In this document: one piece after another, positions 58,075-64,000 of the stretch
How positions within the stretch are numbered: the first letter of the stretch is position 1
Layout: each line of letters begins with the position of its first letter
Origin: an uncultured Chromatiales bacterium
GTDB taxonomy: Bacteria; Bacteroidota; Ignavibacteria; SZUA-365
Assembly (NCBI GenBank): GCA_964388275.1
Contig: CAYLZD010000020.1
Coordinates: 3,232 to 67,231 of the forward strand
Direction of reading: 5' to 3'
DNA: 64,000 nucleotides
Translations under genes and position numbers: made by a program
Notes under the pieces: generated by a model
The model's database searches: none
What the model was told of the DNA's origin: nothing
Seen by the model: the letters and a program-made list of their open reading frames with translations, nothing else

Positions 58075-58922
58075 CGCGGCCCTCCTTCGTCCGCCGCGCC
58101 CCGCAGGAAAGCCGCGGACAGATAACCGACTACTTTTGATCTGTCCCCGCTCGCGTCGCCCGAGTTCGAGGTGCGGAGTATGAGCGCCTTGTCCGCTCCG
58201 AGCAGCATGGCCGCGTGCATCACGGCACAGACCGGGCCTCCGCCGCAGGCTTCGGTCCTGTGAGCCGACAGGTCCTTGAGCAGTCCGGATACGGACATCC
58301 CGAGTATATGCCGCTCGGCGATAGCATCGAGCCGGCGCGCCTCGGAGTCGTCGTGCATATGCGAAAGGTCGGACGAGGCGATGAGGATCGTTTCATCCCC
58401 ACCGGCCGACTCGGCGAGTATGCGGCCCAGCATGAGGCACATTTCCCCGCCCTGATCGCCCATGCAAACCGGCAGGATGCGCGCGTCGGGATTCACTCTT
58501 TGCAGGAAAGGCAAGTGGACTTCGATGGCATGCTCGCCTCGATGTCCGAAACACGACGGCGTCAGCAGGCCTTTGTTGCGAAGCAGGCGGTTCCGCATGT
58601 CCGCGTCCACCTCCACTATTCCGAGAGGCGTTCGGTAAGCGTCGCCGTCGTAAATCGATATGCCGTTGAAACTCTCGCAGTGGCTCGGGGCAACGATGAC
58701 GGCCGTGTTGAAGCGGCGCCGGCGCAACAGTGCATAGGCCGCGCCCGCGGTCCTGCCTGAATAGATGTAACCCGCGTGCGGAGCGACCAATCCCAGCACG
58801 GTTCCCTGAAGAACGGCCTGCTCCTGTTCTTCAAGGAAGGCGTCGACCTGCAGCGCCAGAAGCGTCGGGTCCGAGGGATAGAATCTGCCGCTGACGGCGG
58901 GTGGGCGTATCCGCATCATCAT
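58071..58922 (-). CDS. amrB: AmmeMemoRadiSam system protein B (MEMO1 family)
   Basis: RPPAVSGRFYP, VAPHAGYIYSG, APSH, EHAIEVHLPFL, ASSDLSH, CGGGP. Confidence 0.93.
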   Translation of the reverse strand: MMMRIRPPAVSGRFYPSDPTLLALQVDAFLEEQEQAVLQGTVLGLVAPHAGYIYSGRTAGAAYALLRRRRFNTAVIVAPSHCESFNGISIYDGDAYRTPLGIVEVDADMRNRLLRNKGLLTPSCFGHRGEHAIEVHLPFLQRVNPDARILPVCMGDQGGEMCLMLGRILAESAGGDETILIASSDLSHMHDDSEARRLDAIAERHILGMSVSGLLKDLSAHRTEACGGGPVCAVMHAAMLLGADKALILRTSNSGDASGDRSKVVGYLSAAFLRGAADEGGPR

Positions 58923-59512
58923 GCTTCTCCAGCAGTCGCGATACCGTTTCTTTCAATGCCGGACAGCACTCTCGCTCCGAAGCGATGCAGGCGCGTTTCG
59001 GGTTGGCGCCAGGCGTGATCCGGCAGTCCGGCCTTCCTGCAAGCCGCGCAGAGAAACTGCTCCTGATCCCAACCTTGTTCGGTGGCCACCTTGGGCAGCA
59101 GCAGCCCCCGGCGCATGCCCTTTTCGACCAGGATGCCGTGTTTTCCGACGACGATTTCGGTTGGAGAAACGAAGGGCGACATCGGTTCCAGCAGGGTTAT
59201 CTCGAAGCGCATGAGCTTCAGCTCCGTCGAAAGCAGGGGCTCGAAGCGCAGATCGCGTGATGCTGCGTCGCCCGCCGCTCGCAGAACCGCGCCACCCAGA
59301 GGCATGGCGGGATCAAGCACTCCAAGGCAACCCCGGAGTTTTTCGTCCACGTAAATCGTGACGAAAACTCCATTGTGCGGCAACATATCGACCTCGGACT
59401 TGAGGATCTCCATTGCGCTCGTCAGGCGTCGCGAGGCCGCGGCGCCTGAGGCGGCTTGCGATATTGCCAGACCCGCCAGTTGAACCAGGCTTTTCAGTTC
59501 ATCTTCCTTCAT
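58919..59512 (-). CDS. amrA: AmmeMemoRadiSam system protein A (AMMECR1 family)
   Basis: GVFVTI, LRGCLG, GKHGILV, GLLLP.VA.EQGW, CRKAGL; ATG at 59512 (TTG at 59518 possible). Confidence 0.88.
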   Translation of the reverse strand: MKEDELKSLVQLAGLAISQAASGAAASRRLTSAMEILKSEVDMLPHNGVFVTIYVDEKLRGCLGVLDPAMPLGGAVLRAAGDAASRDLRFEPLLSTELKLMRFEITLLEPMSPFVSPTEIVVGKHGILVEKGMRRGLLLPKVATEQGWDQEQFLCAACRKAGLPDHAWRQPETRLHRFGARVLSGIERNGIATAGEA

Positions 59513-59606
59513 GTTCAATGAGGTTTATCGCCGGTGGCGTCCAAAAAGTAACATATCCATTTTCGCGCCTTTTCGCAATCCGCGGGAAAGGGCATGCAGA
59601 TTTCGG

Positions 59607-59636
59607 TTGTTTATATTTTCACTTCGCTCTATTTTG
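59607..59636 (+). promoter_or_regulatory. Sigma70-type promoter directly upstream of the structured RNA
   Basis: TTGTTT (59607-59612), 17 nt, TATTTT (59630-59635); predicted start near 59642-59643. Confidence 0.55.
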
Positions 59637-59642
59637 AGACAA

Positions 59643-59819
59643 GGGCAGAGCGCCTGGAGTGACGATGCCCCGAAAACCGCGTAAAGCGGTCCGATATACG
59701 GCTGTAATTCGCTGATTACAGGAACGGCGGCTGCATTAAAACCCGGCGGGGTTCTATATCCCGCTTAGGATATCCATTAGCAGCACCTCTTCGGTCGCAG
59801 CCCGGCAGACGGGCTTTTT
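59643..59819 (+). ncRNA. Structured non-coding RNA, 6S RNA-like rod (alternative: leader/attenuator)
   Basis: Nested pairings 59643-59661/59784-59803, 59667-59672/59747-59752, 59686-59691/59729-59734; apical CTGTAAT/ATTACAG; side hairpin ATATCC/GGATAT; own promoter and terminator. Confidence 0.6.
59799..59819 (+). terminator. Intrinsic terminator ending the structured RNA
   Basis: AGCCCG-GCAGA-CGGGCT followed by TTTT. Confidence 0.75.
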
Positions 59820-59894
59820 ATGTAAAAATCAAACAATCGAGAAATATCCAACGAATTCAATGAATTTCTTTCGCTCCTAAAGAGGATTTCCATC

Positions 59895-62516
59895 ATGAAA
59901 AGAACCTTACGAAAATTCATGTTACTGACGCTGTCAGCTCTATTCGCCCTCGCCTTGCCGGATATGACTTCGCTTTTACTGGGAACAGGCGATCAACAGT
60001 CCGCAGGCAAACGCCCTCGCCGCGCGGAAAGAGCGCCTCTCATGCGCGAGTACTTCTACGCGCAGAGGTTGTTCGGCTGTCCCGACGCCGACATTATCGG
60101 CCGCACCATGTATGAAGCCGAGAGGATGCGCATCGAGGAGAAGCGGCTGAACAAGGCCACGCTTCCGGGCAATATTTGGATAGAGGAGGGGCCGTGGAAC
60201 ATAGGCGGCCGCATGCGCGCCATCGCGGTGCATCCCTCGAATCCGAACGTCGTGTATGCCGGCGCCGCTTCAGGAGGCATCTGGAAATCCAACGATTTCG
60301 GTGAAAACTGGCTTCCGATCGGCGACAACATTCCCATACTGCCGGTGGGCGCCATTGCGATCGATCCAAACAACCCGGCCCGCATCTACGCCGGAACCGG
60401 CGAACCGGTGGCCGCCGGTTATCAGGGCGGGAGCTACGTAAACGGGCGCATCAACGCCTCGCCGGTCTGGAGCACGGGCGCCGGTGTGATGCGTTCCGAC
60501 GACGGCGGGCTCACATGGACGCAGAAAAGCTGGAACAGTCCGTTCGCCGTTCATAGAATCGCGGTGAGTCCGGACGGCGGAGACACGGTGTTCGCCGCGA
60601 GCATAAACGGTCTCTGGAAAACGACGAACGGCGGCGACAATTGGTCGCGCACGTCCACCGGAATAATAACCGACACCAAGATCAAGCCGGGCCAGTCCGG
60701 CCGCGTATATCTGGCTATCGGCAACGACGACGGCGACGGCGCGAACGGAGTGTACGTGTCCGATGCAGGCGGCCGCTCGTTCTCCTGGAGAAAGATCTCG
60801 GTCAATTTCCCGGCGCCGGATTCCTGCGGGCGCATTCTGCTCGACATATCACCCGCCGATCCCGACAGGATATACGCCGCCGTCGCGCGCAGCCACAAGA
60901 CCCTCGCAACCCGTGATAACGACTTCCTTCTGCTCATGGTATCGACGAACGGCGGAGATACATGGGAGAGGAAGATCAACGCCATCAGCACAGGATTCCC
61001 CAACGGGCAGGCCTACTACGATCTCGCGCTGGCCGTCTCGCCGTCGGACCCGAACGTCGTGTTCCTCGGCGGCTTGGACGTGTATCGCAGCACCAACGGG
61101 GGCGGCAGCTTCGTGCGCATGACGCGCAGCGACGTCCCGTACACCGACTCCCGTTACGTGCACGTGGACATCCATCATTTCGCTTTCAAACCGGGCGATC
61201 CGAATACGATCATGGTCGCCAACGACGGGGGATTCAGCGTTTCGACGAATCTCGGCGTGGGCTGGTCGCGCCGCGTCAACAACCTGGGCACCGTCCAGTA
61301 CTATTCCTGCAACTACGATCCGGGCAATCCGACATATTTCTTCGGCGGGACGCAGGACAACGGCACGCACGGGAAGTTCAGCAACGACAACGCGGCCTGG
61401 TACGAGCTGTTCGGCGGAGACGGAGGCAGCGTCGTGGTGGATCCGGCGAAACCGACGGTCAGGTACGTGAACTCGCTGTACAGCAATCCCTCTGGAAGCG
61501 GATACATACGTCCGATAATCCGCCTCGGCGTCGGAAACGCCACGGTGCTGGGCACCGGACTCAACAGCGGAGAAAACGCCGACAGGTTCACCTGGGTGCC
61601 CCCTCTCATGTTCCATCCGACGGACAGGACTCGTCTGTACACGGCCACCCAGTACGTTTACACGATGCGGAATCCGGACGTCGGCACGAACCCGCGCTGG
61701 AACATCATCAGCCCAGAACTCGGACTCATAGTCACCAGGCTCGCCGTGGCGCCTTCACAGACGGATCGGATGTACGCGGTCACATCCAACGGCTGGGCAT
61801 GGGTGACCAACAACGTCACGTCGACCTCGCCGACCTGGACCCGCGTCATCACCGGACTGCCGTCGCGTTGGCTGACCGACCTAGCCATCGACGGAAGCAA
61901 CGCGGATCTCGCATATGTGACAGCGTCCGGCTACGGAGCCGGACACGTGTTCAAGACCACGAACGCGGGACAGGCCTGGACCAACATCAGCTCGAATCTG
62001 CCGGACCTTCCCGCCAACGCGATAGAAATATCCCGGTCCGATCCGAACACGCTTTTTGTCGCGACCGATATCGGCGTCTACTACACGGTGAACGGCGGCG
62101 CGTCCTGGCAGAGATTCGGCGACGGCCTGCCGAATGCCATCGTTTACGACATGGTGCTGACACCGCAGAACAAACTCCTCGCCGGCACTTTCGGCAGGGG
62201 CATGTGGACGACGGACGCTGTGGTCTCGGCCGGAGACCTGCCGCAGGCGGGAGCTATATCTCTCGGACAGTGCTACCCGTCGGCCGCGCGCTTGTCCACG
62301 ACGATACCGTTCTCGCTCACGCGCCGGGCTTCCCTGTCCCTGAAGCTGTACGACGTCAATGGACGCTTCGTCAAGGCGCTCGGCGAAGGAAGCTTCGGTG
62401 CCGGCAATCATTCGATCGACGCGCGTGTCGCGGATCTGGCGCCGGGAATGTACTACTATCGGCTGACGGCGGGCGGTGGTTTTGAGCAGACCCGCAAGAT
62501 GCTGGTCGTCCGCTGA
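59895..62516 (+). CDS. Secreted VPS10/BNR-type double beta-propeller protein with T9SS-type CTD
   Basis: GPWNIGGRMRAIA, many S-x-D/N-G-G-x-x-W boxes, VHVDIH, GGTQDNGT, GDGG; CTD LYDVNGRFV..LAPGMYYYRL..TRKMLVVR. Confidence 0.88.
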   Translation: MKRTLRKFMLLTLSALFALALPDMTSLLLGTGDQQSAGKRPRRAERAPLMREYFYAQRLFGCPDADIIGRTMYEAERMRIEEKRLNKATLPGNIWIEEGPWNIGGRMRAIAVHPSNPNVVYAGAASGGIWKSNDFGENWLPIGDNIPILPVGAIAIDPNNPARIYAGTGEPVAAGYQGGSYVNGRINASPVWSTGAGVMRSDDGGLTWTQKSWNSPFAVHRIAVSPDGGDTVFAASINGLWKTTNGGDNWSRTSTGIITDTKIKPGQSGRVYLAIGNDDGDGANGVYVSDAGGRSFSWRKISVNFPAPDSCGRILLDISPADPDRIYAAVARSHKTLATRDNDFLLLMVSTNGGDTWERKINAISTGFPNGQAYYDLALAVSPSDPNVVFLGGLDVYRSTNGGGSFVRMTRSDVPYTDSRYVHVDIHHFAFKPGDPNTIMVANDGGFSVSTNLGVGWSRRVNNLGTVQYYSCNYDPGNPTYFFGGTQDNGTHGKFSNDNAAWYELFGGDGGSVVVDPAKPTVRYVNSLYSNPSGSGYIRPIIRLGVGNATVLGTGLNSGENADRFTWVPPLMFHPTDRTRLYTATQYVYTMRNPDVGTNPRWNIISPELGLIVTRLAVAPSQTDRMYAVTSNGWAWVTNNVTSTSPTWTRVITGLPSRWLTDLAIDGSNADLAYVTASGYGAGHVFKTTNAGQAWTNISSNLPDLPANAIEISRSDPNTLFVATDIGVYYTVNGGASWQRFGDGLPNAIVYDMVLTPQNKLLAGTFGRGMWTTDAVVSAGDLPQAGAISLGQCYPSAARLSTTIPFSLTRRASLSLKLYDVNGRFVKALGEGSFGAGNHSIDARVADLAPGMYYYRLTAGGGFEQTRKMLVVR

Positions 62517-62625
62517 ACGGCACGAAACATTTGCCGGCCCTGTCTTACCGGTCGCTCGTGAAAGCGGCGCAGGGCCGCGAATAGCAACCGCCGCGGCGGA
62601 CCATGCAATTACAGGAGTGTGAACT

Positions 62626-64000
62626 ATGAAGATGAAAGGACCGATTCTGTTTACCTGCGCAGCGGCGCTGTTCCTGCTCTTCGCGCCGGATTCCGGCCGC
62701 GATGCATCGAGCAGAGATTCCGGAAGCGCGGCGGTTGAGGAATCGCCGGAGCAGCTGAAGTATTTCTATGAAATGCGCCTTTACGGCGATCCTGATATCG
62801 ATCCGTATCAGCGCCTATGGCAAGCCGCGCTCGATCCGCGCGTCCGCGATCAATTTTCGATGAAGAAATCCAACCTCTCGCTTATGAATCAGTGGGAATG
62901 CGCGGGACCGGTCAACATTTCCGGCAGAGTCAGAGCTCTGGCCGTCCATCCGGCCGACAACAATGTCATCTATGCGGCAACAGCCACCGGAGGAGTCTGG
63001 AAAACCACGAATTCCGGCGCCGACTGGTTCCCTATGTCCGACAACACCCCCGCGCTGGCCTCGGGCGCCATCGCCATCGACCCTTTCGATCCGAATACGA
63101 TCTATGTCGGAACCGGCGAGCCTATCGGTCTGAGTTCTCCGTCGCACAGCAGGGCATCTCCCGCATACAGCGGGGTCGGAGTGCTGAAGAGCACGGACGC
63201 TGGCGGCACCTGGGAACTACTGCCCTGGTCGAGTTCGAGCAGCATGATTCACCGCATCGCGCTGCATCCGGAAAATTCCGATACCGTCATGGTCGCTTCC
63301 ACTTCAGGCCTGCTGAAATCGACGAACGCGGGCCGGAACTGGTCGAGCGTGCTCTCGGGCACGGTGACGGAGCTTTTCTACGCCCCCGGCCGCCCGTCCC
63401 GTATTTATGCCGCCCTAGGCAACGACAACGGGGCGTCTTCGAACGGAGTGTATGTGTCGGACGCGGGCGGAAAGAATTTCTCCTGGGTCAAGCTCACCAA
63501 CAACTTTCCGCGAGGTGATTCCACCGGTCGCATAATACTCGCCGTTGCTCCGTCAGATCCGAACCGGCTCTATGCGGCCGTCGCGCTCAGACGCGGCCTG
63601 ATTTCCGGCAGCAACGGCTTTTTCATGGTGTGCGTGTCGAGCGACGGGGGCGAGACCTGGCAGAGAAGACCGGGCGCCATCCCGCGGAATTTCACGAACT
63701 ACATGCCTTATTATTGTCTCGCCATGAAAGTGTCTCCTGTCGATCCTGATTTCGTGATGCTGGGCTCCGTCGACTGGTGGCGCAGCACGAACGGCGGGCT
63801 GAACTTCGTCCGCAACACCGACTGGTCCCTGCGGACCTCCAATCCGAACAGCCCGCGCTACGTGCATGCCGACCAGCACGACCTGGTCTTCAAGCCGGGC
63901 GATCCGAATACGATGATAGTCGCGAGCGACGGCGGTGTTCATCTCTCGACCAATAAGGGCGATACCTGGACGATGCGCACATTCGGGATGATAACCACTC
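62626..64000 (+). CDS. Tandem paralog of the preceding propeller protein, runs off the window end
   Basis: Not in the ORF track. AGGAG SD; manual translation MKMKGPILF..GPVNISGRVRALAVHP..GGVWKTTN..VGTGEP..SDAGGKNFSW..GDSTGRI..YVHADQH..FKPGDPNTM..SDGG. Confidence 0.88.
   Translation, partial: MKMKGPILFTCAAALFLLFAPDSGRDASSRDSGSAAVEESPEQLKYFYEMRLYGDPDIDPYQRLWQAALDPRVRDQFSMKKSNLSLMNQWECAGPVNISGRVRALAVHPADNNVIYAATATGGVWKTTNSGADWFPMSDNTPALASGAIAIDPFDPNTIYVGTGEPIGLSSPSHSRASPAYSGVGVLKSTDAGGTWELLPWSSSSSMIHRIALHPENSDTVMVASTSGLLKSTNAGRNWSSVLSGTVTELFYAPGRPSRIYAALGNDNGASSNGVYVSDAGGKNFSWVKLTNNFPRGDSTGRIILAVAPSDPNRLYAAVALRRGLISGSNGFFMVCVSSDGGETWQRRPGAIPRNFTNYMPYYCLAMKVSPVDPDFVMLGSVDWWRSTNGGLNFVRNTDWSLRTSNPNSPRYVHADQHDLVFKPGDPNTMIVASDGGVHLSTNKGDTWTMRTFGMITT

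Noticed and set aside
62535-62580. GC hairpin between the propeller paralogs as a terminator
   Set aside because: No U tract; may be an mRNA stability element, so not called

Overview
Gene-dense, GC-rich chromosomal window, most likely from an FCB-superphylum bacterium (Ignavibacteria/Kapabacteria-like). That placement is an inference from type IX secretion (T9SS)-type C-terminal domains, two PorV-like barrels, DUF2851, the psd-pssA-purS-purQ-tatA-gatA order and partial Shine-Dalgarno use. It is mostly housekeeping genes: methionine gamma-lyase, fbaB, rex, rseP-dxr, pabABC, tRNA-Thr(CGT), metK-ahcY, udk, ftsX, mazG, lpxB, psd-pssA-purS-purQ-tatA-gatA and amrAB. Interleaved are at least five complete T9SS-type cargo genes plus a truncated paralog, two other outer-membrane beta-barrels and a soluble PAS/GAF kinase with an NtrC-family partner. 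No CRISPR array, rRNA or transposase was seen. Best leads: (1) a free-standing ~175-nt structured RNA at 59643-59819 with its own promoter and terminator (6S-like rod or novel attenuator); (2) a PurC homolog with most conserved catalytic motifs replaced; (3) a decayed GxxExxY nuclease-fold gene bracketed by inverted octamer-based repeats; (4) a lipoprotein-propeller-PorV-PorV-glycosyltransferase operon resembling a variant T9SS anchoring module; (5) an LmtA-like methyltransferase coupled to lpxB; (6) recurrent apparently leaderless promoters. All calls come from manual reading and motif recall; no searches were run.
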